Of a stretch of DNA of 64,000 nt, positions 49,411 through 61,319 are shown piece by piece. The position numbers and the translations under genes are program-made. Source of the stretch: Squalus acanthias (taxonomy: Eukaryota); NCBI GenBank assembly GCA_030390025.1, contig CM059443.1, positions 50,406,001-50,470,000 of the forward strand, given 5' to 3'. The notes beneath the pieces are model-generated. The model ran no database searches. It worked only from the letters and a program-made list of their open reading frames with translations, and was not told the origin of the DNA. How positions within the stretch are numbered: the first letter of the stretch is position 1; the number at the start of each line of letters is the position of its first letter.

Positions 49411-51039
49411 TTGTGCCTTAAAATCCACTCCTTTGATCAAACTTTTGGTCACCCCTTCTCTTATCTCCTTCTTTAGCTCAGACTCCAATTTTTCCGAACA
49501 CCTCTCTATGGGGACATGTTGGGAACAGTTCAGTTTTTCCACCAGTTCCTCTTTGTCATCTTTTGTCTTGGGAAGTTTGAACCAGAGGAACAAATGAAAA
49601 AGAGGAAGTCCCCTGAATGTGATAAATATATATCTAACTCGAGGTTTATTAGTTGCAGTTCTTCCACCCAAAGAAAAGGTCCCACCAGCCTAGAAATATC
49701 TGAGAACTGTTACTGCAGATCACACAGTATAAATGCGTCAAATTATTAACCAGCAGGAAAACTCAAAGACTGAATCCATTTGTATATCCGGCTGAATCTC
49801 ACACCCACTTCGACACCAATAAGCTGTAAATAGCCAAGCCTTTTACACTTGCATCATTGTGAAATTCGAACTGATGATGGGCAATCATCGCACACTTCCT
49901 GCCACTTTGTATGGAGGAGGCTTTAGTACTGAGTTCATTAGGATTCATTTCACTTCAGTACTTGTATGTGTGGTGTTCATATTGTAAATAACACCCATTG
50001 TTCCAGAATTAGGTGCTGAAGTCAAGGGCTGGACAATGAGCCAAATGCCAGGGTTATGAGGGTAAATTCACTGACTCTATCCCCTCCCCGCACCCCGCCA
50101 GCAGTGAGCTCTGCTTGAACGAGACACAATTTATCAGAGGGCCACAGTGCTAACCCCTGACCCCTGTTTGAGCATGGCTGCCCACAAGGAGTGTGGGATT
50201 GGTGAATCTAGTGTGAAAGTCCTTTTATCTTACTGAGCCATGCATTAAACATTTCCAACATTAAAATATAAACTTCTAATTTCAATGTAGTTACACTGTT
50301 TTATGCTTTGCAAAATACTATTCAGAGATCGGCTGGGGGCAGACAATTTGTACCAAACTTTCCCTTACACAATCGTGAATTTCCAGCTCAGCGTCCTCAT
50401 AAATTGGGTTCTGCGTCCCCCTCCGCCCCCTCTCCACAGCCCATTGCCCCCTCTCCACAGCCCATTCCCCCCACTCCCCCCACCCCACTCCCTCCTCCCA
50501 CTTCCTCCTGAGTCTGATTGCAGTGTCCTCACTGAGAGCAGTTCATTCATTCAATTGGTTTGGCATAAAATTCCTGCTGGACAGATAACAAAGCAATGGA
50601 TCCTCCTTACTGTCCTCTTTGGGCTGTGATTGGCCGCCTGGTTTGAGTTCAGTAACTGAAGAGGTTTCAACCTGCCGTCCATGGTCCGTGTGGTCTCTGC
50701 CTAGATATTAAGAGAGGAGATCACGTTTGATGGGTTCACTTCCAGTGGGGGACAGATATTGAAAGTGGACTGTCTCGTTACTTGAGATAAAAGTCCAGGA
50801 GCTTTAGAACAGACACAGTGTTGACTGAGAGGATTATACTGAAAGATTGCAACGACTTACATTTTACTCCCTGGATTTCAGTTTTGTCTCCATCACTAAG
50901 AAAACAGAAAATTAAAACATGTGAATAATGAGTAACATAAGATTCAAACAATATTAAATCATTGTAAGTGGAGACTAGATTAGGTCATTTTCTCCCCAGG
51001 GCCTGGATTTGAGTCCAGCCCAGACTGAAATTCTCACAT

Positions 51040-51450
51040 TCATTTTCTCTCTCTGTCTCTCTCTCTCTCTGACTGTCTCTCATTGTCTCTCGGACACTCG
51101 TTCTCCCTGTCTCTTTCTCTTTCTATGTCTCTCTCTCTCTCTCTTTGTCTGTCTCTCTCTGTCTCTCTCTCTGTCTGTCTCTCTCTCTCTGTCTCGCGAT
51201 CTGTCTCTCTGTCTCGCGANNNNNNNNNNNNNNNNNNNNNNNNNNNNNNNNNNNNNNNNNNNNNNNNNNNNNNNNNNNNNNNNNNNNNNNNNNNNNNNNN
51301 NNNNNNNNNNNNNNNNNNNNNNNNNNNNNNNNNNNNNNNNNNNNNNNNNNNNNNNNNNNNNNNNNNNNNNNNNNNNNNNNNNNNNNNNNNNNNNNNNNNN
51401 NCCTATCTCTTTCTCTCTTGCTTTGTCTCTCTCTCTCTTTCTATCTTTGC
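51040..51450. repeat. (CT/GT)n microsatellite containing assembly gap 51220-51401
   Basis: Visible directly. Confidence 0.95.
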
Positions 51451-53154
51451 TATGTGAGCAGTCCTCTCTACAATGAGTTTTCACAGTCCCAATCCAATTC
51501 CTTGCCTAAAACTGCCCATCATTCAGTAAAATATTTGGACGAAATTGATCATTATCGTCAAATACGCCAAAATATTGTCCTGACAAAGTGTAAAAGAAAA
51601 TAACTTCACACGGGCACAGTGAAAGGAGCTATTCTGATGTTGGGATAAAGGAGCACTATCAGGTCAGAGGGCAGAGTGATTTACACGGCCTCCAGCCATT
51701 CTATACCTGACTTAGAAATGTTCGGTTGTGAGATTGGCTGCACAACCTGGAAATGTTTTGTGCTGGGTGGTGGAATAGATTAGTACGGCCCTTTCATATT
51801 TTAGGATCTGTTCTCAAATCAAGTCCAGAATATTGGGAATAAAAGTCTCTCTCTGTGCCTCTATTACTGTCTGTCTGTCCCTGTCTCTTCGTCTTTCTCT
51901 GTCTCTTTCTCTCGAAGGGTCCTTGATGAAATAAGTTTAGTCATCTCGTTCCAGTTTGTAGCTCGTGTGAGCCACAGTACAAAACTACCGCGAAATTGGC
52001 ACTTTCACTCAAACAGGCCATGAGGTGTGAGAAGTGAAATGTCCGAGCTCCCTCCTGAGTTTGAAGTTGAGGAGCATTGTTGGGACAGTCCAGAGGGAGC
52101 TTTACGCTGCACCTAATCTGGAGTGCTCCAAATGATACAGTGTGGCCACAGTGGAAAAGTAATCCATTTGCAGAGTGGGCTCCCCTCACCTTCATTACAT
52201 TAACAATCTCCGAACCCTCCATCCCAAAACCCGTGGCCAGTGTTGAACGTTGCCGGGGCCGACAGCTGTCACTCTGCTTACCCTTTGACCATTGACTCTT
52301 CGATCAAACAGTACACATGCTCTGTAGAGTCAGACTTTGGGCCAGTGCTCTCCATTCCTTCACCAGGCCTTGGCTGGCTCGATGGCGTTGGAACTCTCGT
52401 CACCGAGTACGCAACATGCTCGTTGTCATCACTCTGATCCCTTCTGGGAACCACAGAGTACGGGAAACCTAGACAGAAGGACGAGCAGACGATGTGTGCT
52501 TTTAGTTTCAACTCTCAAAGGGACAGGCTCGGAAGAGCTGGGCAGTAATTCTAGTCACTTACATTCAGCCACCTGTGTCAGCTGCACATCACCAGCCCTA
52601 CAGTTAGTAAAGAAAAGCAACCTGTAAATGTCCCATTAAATGAGGAAAACTATACAGAAAGTCTGCCCGAAAACTGAACGAATCCCATCCCTACCTGGGT
52701 CCTGGTGCTGAGGATCCTTCACAACACATGCCATAAGATTGGAAAGATAAATTTAAAAGTCTTTGTAAGGAGTCTGCACTTACAATTTTCTAGATTTAGA
52801 GCAAACATTTTAAAGCTCTTGCTTACCTTTGGCAGCTTGTCGTTTCCTTCGGATTATGCAAAGTGCCCCAACAATGCAAAGTACCCCAACAATGCAAATG
52901 ATCACAACCGCAAACGCTATGGCTACTTTCACAGGTGTGGCAGTGTCTGGACCTGCAGAGGAGAAGCAACATTAAGTTCAGTCTGTGCAATCCCGTGTTA
53001 TATGTACAGCTGATCACACTGGTTACCTGGGCTGAGGAACAGACATTTCCGGTTAGAATCTGGAATAGTGCTTTGGCGAAGAAAGGAAATCGAACCAACT
53101 TTTAATGGGTACAAACTGGACAACTGATCTGGAATCTATCAACTTTAATTTTTT

Positions 53155-55880
53155 TAATTCATTCATGGGATGTGGGCGTCATTGACAAGGCCAACATTTA
53201 TTGCCCATCCCTAATTGCCCTTGAGAAGGTGGTGGTGAGCTGCCTTCTTGAACCGCTGCAGTCCATGTGGTGAAGGTACTCCCACAGTGCTGTTAGGGAA
53301 GGAGGCCCAGGATGTTGAGCCAGCGACGATGAAGGAACGGCAATATACTTCTAAGTCAGGATGGTGTGTGACTTGGGGGGCAACTTGGAGATGATGGTGT
53401 TCCCATGAGCCTGCTGCCCTGTCCTTCTAGGTGGTAGAGGTCACGGGTTTGGGAGGTGCTGCCGAAGAAGCTTTGGCGAGTTGCAGCAGTGCATCTTGTA
53501 GCTGGTACACACTGCAGCCAAGGTACGCCAGTGGTGGAGGGAGTGAATGTTTAAGATGTGGATGGGGTGCCAATCGAGCGGGCTGCTTTGTCCTGGATGG
53601 TGTCGAGTGTCTTCAGTGTTGTTGGAACTGCACTCATCGAGGCAAGTGGAGAGTATTCCATCACACTCCTTACTTGTGCCTTGTAGATGGTGGAAAGGCT
53701 TTGGTGAGTAAGGAAGTGAGATACTCGCTGCAGAATACCCAGCCTCTGACCTACTCTTTTTGCCACAGTATTTATGTGGCTGTTCCAGTTACGGTTCTGG
53801 TCAATAGTGACCCCCAGGATGTTGATGGTGGGGGATTCGGCAATGGTAATGCCGTTGAATGTTAAGGGGAGGTGGTTAGACTCTCTCTTATTGGAGATGG
53901 TCATTGCCTGGCACTTATGTGGCGCGAATGTTACTTGCCATTTATCAGCCCAAGCCTCAATGTTGTCCAGGTCTTGCTGCACACAGACATGGACTGCTTC
54001 ATTATCTGAGGAGTTGCGAATGGAACTGAACACTGTGCAGTCATCAGCAAGCATCCCCACTTCTGTCCTTATGATGGAGGGAAGGTCATTGATGAAGCAG
54101 CTGAAGATAGTTCGGACTAGGACACTGCCCTGAGGAACTTTTGCAGCAATGTCCTGGGGCTGAGATGATTGGCCTCCAACAACCAGAACCACCTTCCTTT
54201 GTGATAGGTATGACTCCAGCCAGTGGAGAGTTTACCCCCTGATTCCATTGCCTTCAATTTTACTGAGGTTCCTTGATGCCACAATCGGTCAAATGCTACC
54301 TTGATGTCAAGGGCAGTCACTCTAACCTCCCCTCTGGAATTCAGCTTTTGTCCATGTTTGGACCAAGGTTGTAATGAGGTCTGGAGCTAAGTGGTCCTCG
54401 CAGAACCCAAACTGAGCATCAGTGAGCAGGTTATTGGTGAGCAATTGCCACTTAATAGTACTGTCGACAATACCTTCCATCACTTTGCTGATGATTGAGA
54501 GTAGACTGATGGGTCGGGAATTCACCGTTTTGGATTTATACTACTTTTTGAAGACCGGACATACCTGGGCAATTTTCCACTTTGTCGGGTAGATGCCAGT
54601 GTTGTAGCTGTACTGGAACAGCTTGGCTAGAGGCACGGCTAGTTCTGGAGCACAAGCCTTCAGCACGACAGCCGGGATGTTGTCGGGGCTCATAGCCTTT
54701 GCTGTATCCAGTGCGCTCAACCGTTTCTTGATATCACGTGGAGTGAATCAAATTGGCTGAAGACTGGCTTCTGTGATAGTGGGGACTGCAGGAGGAGGCC
54801 GAGATGAATCATCCACTCACCACTTCTGGCTGAAGATGGTTGCAAACACTTCAGCCTTGTCTTTTGCACTCATGTGCTGGGCTCTGACATCATTGAGGAT
54901 GGGGATGTGCATGGAGCCTCCTCCCGTTAGTTGTTTAATGGTCCACCACCATTCACGATGTGGCAGGACTGCAGAGCTTTGATCTCATCCATTGGTTGTG
55001 GGATCGCTTTACTCTGTCTATAGCATGCTCCTTCTGCTGTTTAGCATGCATGTATTGTAGCTTCACCAGGTTGGCACCTCATTTTTAGGTACGTCTGCTG
55101 CTGTTCCTGGAATGCTCTTCTACACTGCTCATTGAACCGGGGTTGGTCCCCTGGCTTGATGTTAATGGTAGAGTGAGGGATATGTTGGCCCATGAAGTTA
55201 CAGATTGTGATGGAGTACAATTCTGCTGCTGCTGATGGTCCACAGTACCTCATGGATGTCCAGTTTTGAGCTGCTAGATCTGTTCTGAATCTATCCCATT
55301 TAGTACGGTGGTAGTGCCACACAACACGATGGAAGGTGTCCTCAGGATGAAGACGGGTCCTTGTCTCCACAAGGACTGTGCGGTGGTCACTCTTACCAAT
55401 ACTGTCATGGAGAGATGCATCTGCGACAGGTAGATTGGTGAGGACGAGGTCAAGTATGTTTCTCCCTCGTGTTGGTTCTTTCACCACCCGCCGCTGGCAG
55501 CTATGTCCTTCAGGACTCGACCAGCTCGGTCAGTAGCGGTGCTACCGAGTCACTCTTGGTGATGGACATTGAAGTCCCTCACCCAGAGTACATTCTGTGC
55601 CCTTGCTACCCTCAGTGCTTCTTCCAAGTGGTGTTCAACGTGGAGGAGTACTGATTCATCAGCTGAGGGAGGCCGGTAGGTGGAAATCAGCAAGAGGTTT
55701 CCTTGCCCATGTTTGACCTGATGCCATGAGACCTCTTGGGGTCAGGGAGTCAATGTTGAGGACTCCAAGGGCCACTCCCTTCCGACTATATACCACTGTG
55801 CTGCCACCTCTGGTGGGTCTGTCTTGCCTGAGGGACAGGACATACTTAGGGATGGTGATGGAGGAGCCAGGGACATTTTG
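53155..55880 (-). mobile_element. CR1-clade family 2 LINE in the stalk intron of copy C
   Basis: Paralogue of 11740-14460, sharing a small internal deletion with A (14100 / 55490) that B lacks. Confidence 0.9.
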
Positions 55881-56149
55881 TGAAAGAATTATTTATATTA
55901 TTTACATTGAATTATTTATATTAAATGAGTCGCATTGTTTCTAGATTGTATCACTTACTTTGAGTATTTGTACGAGTTCAGCTGCTGGTCACTGAGGAGA
56001 TTCCAGATGTTGAGGTGGGGGTGTCTGAAGTCTCTGCACTCGCCTCTGTCACAGTCAGGGAGATGTTTGCTGCAATCTTCCAGACAGGTTTCCCTGAATC
56101 CTGACTGTGGACAGCACAGAGATACCTCCCAGTGTCCACCACATCCGCT

Positions 56150-59100
56150 AATGAATCAGTACTTTGCCATGTTGAACACCAGTCTGGGCCTGCGACAGGT
56201 GGTGAGAGAACCAACACGAGGGAAAAACTTACTTGACCTCGTCCTCACCAATCTACCTGTCGCAGATGCATCTGTCCATGACAGTATTGGTAGCAGTGAT
56301 CACCACACAGTCATTGTGGAGACGAAGTCCCATCTTCACACTGAGGACACCCTCCATCGTATTGTGTGGCGCTAACACCGTGCTAAATGGGATAGATTCA
56401 GAACAGATCTAGCAACTCAAAACTGGACATCCATGAGGCGCTGTGGGGCAGCAGCAGAATTGTATTCGACCACAATCTGTAACCTCATGGCCCGGCATAT
56501 CCCTCACTGTACCATTACCACCAAGCCAGGGGACCAACCCTGGTTCAAAAAGGAATGTAGAAGAGCATGCCAGGAGCAGCATCAGGCATACCTAAAAATG
56601 AGGTGCCAACCTGGGGAAGCAGCAACACAGGACTACATACATGTTAAAAAACGGAAGCAGCATGCTATAGACAGGGCTAAGTGATCCCACAATCAACGGA
56701 TCAGATCAAAGCTCTGCAGTCCTGCCACATCCAGTCATGAATGGTGGTGGACAATTAAACAATTAACTGGAGGAGGAGGCTCCATGAATATCCCCATCCT
56801 CAATGATGGTGGAGCCCAGCACGTGAGTGCAAAAGACAAGGCTGAAGCGTTTGCAGCCATCTTCAGCCAGAAGTGCCGAGTGGATGATCCACATCAGCCT
56901 ACTCCTGAGGTCCCCACCATCACAGAAGTCAGTCTTCAGCCAATTCGATTCACTCCACGTGATATCAAGAAACGGTTGAGCGCAGTGGATACAGCAAAGG
57001 CTATGGGCCCTGACAACATCCCGGCTATCATGCTGAAGACTTGTCTTCCAGAACTAGCCGCGCCTCTAGCCAAGCTGGTCCAATACAGGTACAACACTGG
57101 CATCTATCCGACAATGTGGTAAACTGCCCAGGTATGTCCTGTCCACAAAAAGCAGGAGAAATCCAATCTTGCCAATTACCGCCCCATCAGTCTACTCTCA
57201 ATCATGAGCAAAGTGATGGAAGATGTCATCGACAGTGCTATCAAGCGGCACTTACTCACCTATAACCTGCTCACTGATGCCCAGTTTGGGTTCCACCAAG
57301 ACCACTCTGCTCCCGACCTCATTACAGCCTTGGTCCAAACATGGACAAAAGAGCTGAATTCCAGAGGTGAGGTGAGAATGCCTGCCCTTGACATCAAGGC
57401 AGCATTTGACCGAGCGTGGCATGAAGTAAATGGGAATCAGGGTGAAAACTCTCCACTGGCTGGAGTCATACCTAGCACAAAGGAAGATGGTTGTGGTGAT
57501 TGAAGGTCAATCATCACAGTCCCAGGACATCGCTGCAGGAGTTCCTCAGGGCAGTGTCCTAGGCCCAACCATAAGAACGTAAGAAATAGGAGCAGTAGTA
57601 GGCCATTCGGCCCTTCGAGCCTGCTCCGCCATTCAATGAGATCATGGCTGATCTTCTGCCTCAACTCCATTCACTGGCCCTATCGCCATATCCCTTGATG
57701 CCCTTACTAGTCAGAAATCTATTGACTTCTGTTTTGAATATACCCAATGACTGAGCCTCCACAGCCCTCTAGGGTAGTGAATTCCAAAGATTCACCACCC
57801 TCTGTGTGAAGAAATTTCTTCTCATCTCAGTCCTGAATGGCCTACCCTTTATCTTGTGGCTGTGGCCACTGGTTCTAGACTCCCCAAGGGAAACATTCTC
57901 CCAGCATCCATCCTATCAAGCCCTGTAATAATTTTGTATGCTTCAATGAGATCCCCTCTCATTCTTCTGAATTCAAGAGAAACAGGCCTAGTTTACTCAA
58001 TCTCTTCTCATATGACAGTCTCGCCATCCCAGGAATCAATCTCGTGAACCTTCGTTGCGCTCCCTCTATGGCAAGTATATCCTTCCTTAGGTAAAGAGAC
58101 CAAAATTGTACACAGTACTCCAGGTGTGGTCTCACCAAGACCCTATATAATTGGAGTAAGACTTCTTTACTGGAGTGGAGCTGTGGTCATTGTTTGGTGT
58201 GATTGCCGTGATTATCTCTCTGCCGAGGTGTGATAAAGGGCAGTTAGAAAGATTAACTGTAATCATCTGGCAGTGTTCTCTGACTATATATGCTGTGCCG
58301 AAATACATCTCTTCACTTCACCTGACGAAGGGGCAGCAGCTCCGAAAGCTTGTGATTTCAAATAAAACTGTTGGACTATAACCTGGTGTTGTGCGACTTC
58401 TCACATTTGTCCACCCCAGTCCAACACTGGCATCTCCACATCATTGTTTGGTGTGGAATTGAGGGAAGCAGAACGTAATGAGAAGATGTTAAACATTGCT
58501 CAACAGTAATTTCTATGCTGGTGGTACCTTTCTGCGGGACAACTGCAACTAATTAACCTCGAGTTAGATTTCTATTTATCACATTCAGAATTTCCTCTTT
58601 TTCAATTGTTTCTCTGACTCATGCTTCCTAAAAAAAGAGGAACGGTACAAAAACTGAACTGTTCCCAACATCTTATCAGTAATCTAAACATCAATTTGTC
58701 TAAAATGCAGAATTATCTGAACCTGCTTTTCAAACTTGCGTGTGTATATATCCCTCCCCCATGACAGTCAGTGTAATGTTGAGGGACCACTCCGAGCTGC
58801 TACAAGCTGAATGAGGGATTGGGGGTGTTGCCTGTGACGGGCTTAAGGAAATACCACAGCAACTTAATATAATGCCTTTAACGTTGTAAAACATCCCAAG
58901 CTGCTTCACAGAGGCATAAGCAAAATGGAATCCAAGCTAAGGAAGGATATATTGGCCTTGGAGGGAGTGCAGCGTAGATTTACTAGAACGATACCTGAAC
59001 TCCAGGGGTTAAATTACGAGGAGCGATTACACCAACTAGGGTTGTAGTCCCTGGAATTTAGAAGGTTAAGGGGTGATTTGATTGAAGTTTTCAAGATATT

Positions 59101-61310
59101 AAGGGGAACTGATAGAGTAGATAAAGAGAAGCTATTGCCGCTGGTTGGGGAGTCTAGGACTAGGGGGCATAGTCTAAAAAATTAGAGCCAGACCTTTCAA
59201 GAGTGAAGTTAGGAAACACTTCTACACACAAAGGGTGGTAGAAGTTTGGAACACTCTACCAAAGTGGGTAACTTCACATTTATCCACATTATATTCCATC
59301 TGCCATGTTCTCGCCCACTCACTGAGCCTGTCGAGATCCCCTTGAAGCCTCTTCACATCCTCTTCGCAACTGACACTGCCACCTAGCTTTGTGTCATCAG
59401 CAAATTTGGAAATGTTTCATTTAGTCCCTTCATCCAAATCATTGATATAGATTGTGAATAGCTGGGGCTCAAGCACCGATCCTTGCGGTACCCCACTAGT
59501 CACAGCCTGCCATCCTGAAAAAGACCCGTTTATCCCTAATCTTTGTTTTCTGTCCATTAACCAATTCTCAATCCATGCTAGTATATTACCCCCAATTCCA
59601 TGTGCCCTAATTTTGTTCACCAACCTCTTGTGTGGGACCTTATCGAAGGCCTTCTGAAAATCCAGATACACCACATCTACCGGTTCCCCTTTGTCTACTC
59701 CACTAGTTACATCCTCAAAGAACTCCAATAGGTTTGTCAAACAGGATTTCCCTTCCATAAATCCATGTTGACTCTGCCCAATCTTACTATTAGTTTCTAA
59801 GTGTCCAGTTATTGCATCCTTTATAATAGATTCCAACATTTTCCCAACTACTGATGTGAGGCTAACAGGTCTGTAGTTCCCCGTTTTCTCTCTCCCTCCT
59901 TTCTTAAATAGCGGGGTTACATTTGCTATCCTCCAATCTGCAGGAACCATTCCAGAATCTATAGAATTTTGGAAGATGACAACCAATGCGTCCACTATTC
60001 CAATGGCCACCTCTTTCAAAACCCTAGGATGTAGGTCATCCGGTCCTTGGGATTTATCGACTGCTAGTACTGTTTTTTTACTAATAATAATTTGTTTAAG
60101 TTTCACATTCTCGTCACACCCTTGGTTTTCTCATATTTCTGGGAGGTTTTTTGTGTCTTCCTCCGTGAAGACAGAAACAAAGTATTTATTTAATTTCTTT
60201 GCCATTTCCTCATTTTCCATTATAAATTCTCTCGTCTCTGACTGTAAAGGACCTTCGCCAGTCTTTTCCTTTTCACATACCTATAGAAGCTTTTACAATC
60301 CATTTTTATATTTTTTGCTAGTTTGTGCTCATATTCCATTTTCCCTTTCTTCAGCTGCTTCATTAATGACCTTCCCTTCAACATAAGGTCAGCAATAGGG
60401 ATGTTCGCTGATGACTGCACAGCGTTCAGTGCCATTCACAACTCCTCAGATAATGAAGCAGTCCATGCCCGCATGCAACAAGACCTGGACGACATTCAGG
60501 CTTGGGCTGATAAGTGGCAGGTAACATTCGCGCCACAGAATTGCCAGGCAATGACTATCTCCAAAAAGCGAGAGTCTAACCAATGCCCCTTGACATTTAA
60601 TGGCATTACCATCACCGAATCCCCCACCATCAACATCCTGGGGGTCACCATTGACCAGAAACTTAACTGGACCAACCACATAAATACTGTGGCAACAAGA
60701 GCAGGTCAGAGGCTAGGTATTCTGCGGCGAGTGTCTCACCTCCTGACTCCCCAAAGCTTTTCTACCATCTACAAGGCACAAGTAAGGAGTGTGATGGAAT
60801 ACTCTCCACTTGCCTGGATGAGTGCAGCTCCAACAACACTCAAGAAGCTCGACACCATCCAGGACAAAGCAGCCTGCTTGATTGGCACCCCATCTAACAC
60901 TTTAAGCATTCACTCCCTCCACCACCAGCATACCGTGGCTGCAGTGTGTACCATCTACAAGATGCACTGCAGCAACTCGCCAAGGTTTCTTCGGCAGCAC
61001 CTCCCAAACCCGCGACCTCTTCCACCTAGAAGGACAAGGGGAGCAGGCGCATGGGAATACCACCACCTCCAAGTTCCCCTCCAAGTCACACACCATCCTG
61101 ACTTAGAAGTATATTGCCGATCCTTCATCGTCGCTGGGTCAAAATCCTGGAACTCCCTCCCTAACAGCACTGTGGGAGTACCTTCACCACACGGACTGCA
61201 GCGGTTCAAGAAGGCGGCTCACCACCACCTTCTCAAGGGCAATTAGGGATGGGCAATAAATGCTGGCCTTGCCAGCGACGCCCACATTGCATGAACGAAA
61301 AAAAAAAAAT
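56150..61310 (+). mobile_element. CR1-clade family 2 LINE (56150-57570 + 60348-61310) with a nested antisense CR1 family 1 (57571-60347) and further inserts
   Basis: The GGCCCAACCAT|CTTCAGCTGCTT RT sequence is split between ~57570 and ~60350. ORF 60323-61246; poly-A at ~61298-61309. Confidence 0.85.
58202..58444 (+). mobile_element. Penelope solo pLTR with hammerhead core
   Basis: CTGACGA (58322) a-GGGGC-agca-GCTCC GAAA (58344) GCTT; 15-bp flanking duplication TCATTGTTTGGTGTG (58187-58201 / 58441-58455). Confidence 0.8.
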
Positions 61311-61319
61311 CGCACGGTA

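Larger units (their letters stand above)
45342..56149. repeat. Segmental duplicate of positions 1-15004, apart from copy-specific indels
   Basis: Collinear near-identity starting at aaagcttcccc (1 / ~45341) and running to the V exon. Confidence 0.9.
50588..56149 (-). pseudogene. Copy C: pseudogene of the same receptor (A-like)
   Basis: Retains the 3' part of the V exon (56149-55959), mini-exon 53059-53027, TM 52952-52827, and cytoplasmic exons 52716-52695, 52597-52563, 52468-52282, 50895-50861. The V exon is cut at ~56150 by a LINE, and no D1 or signal exon follows. The last exon (from 50700) has a 1-nt frameshift and a ~1.85-kb deletion. Confidence 0.85.
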
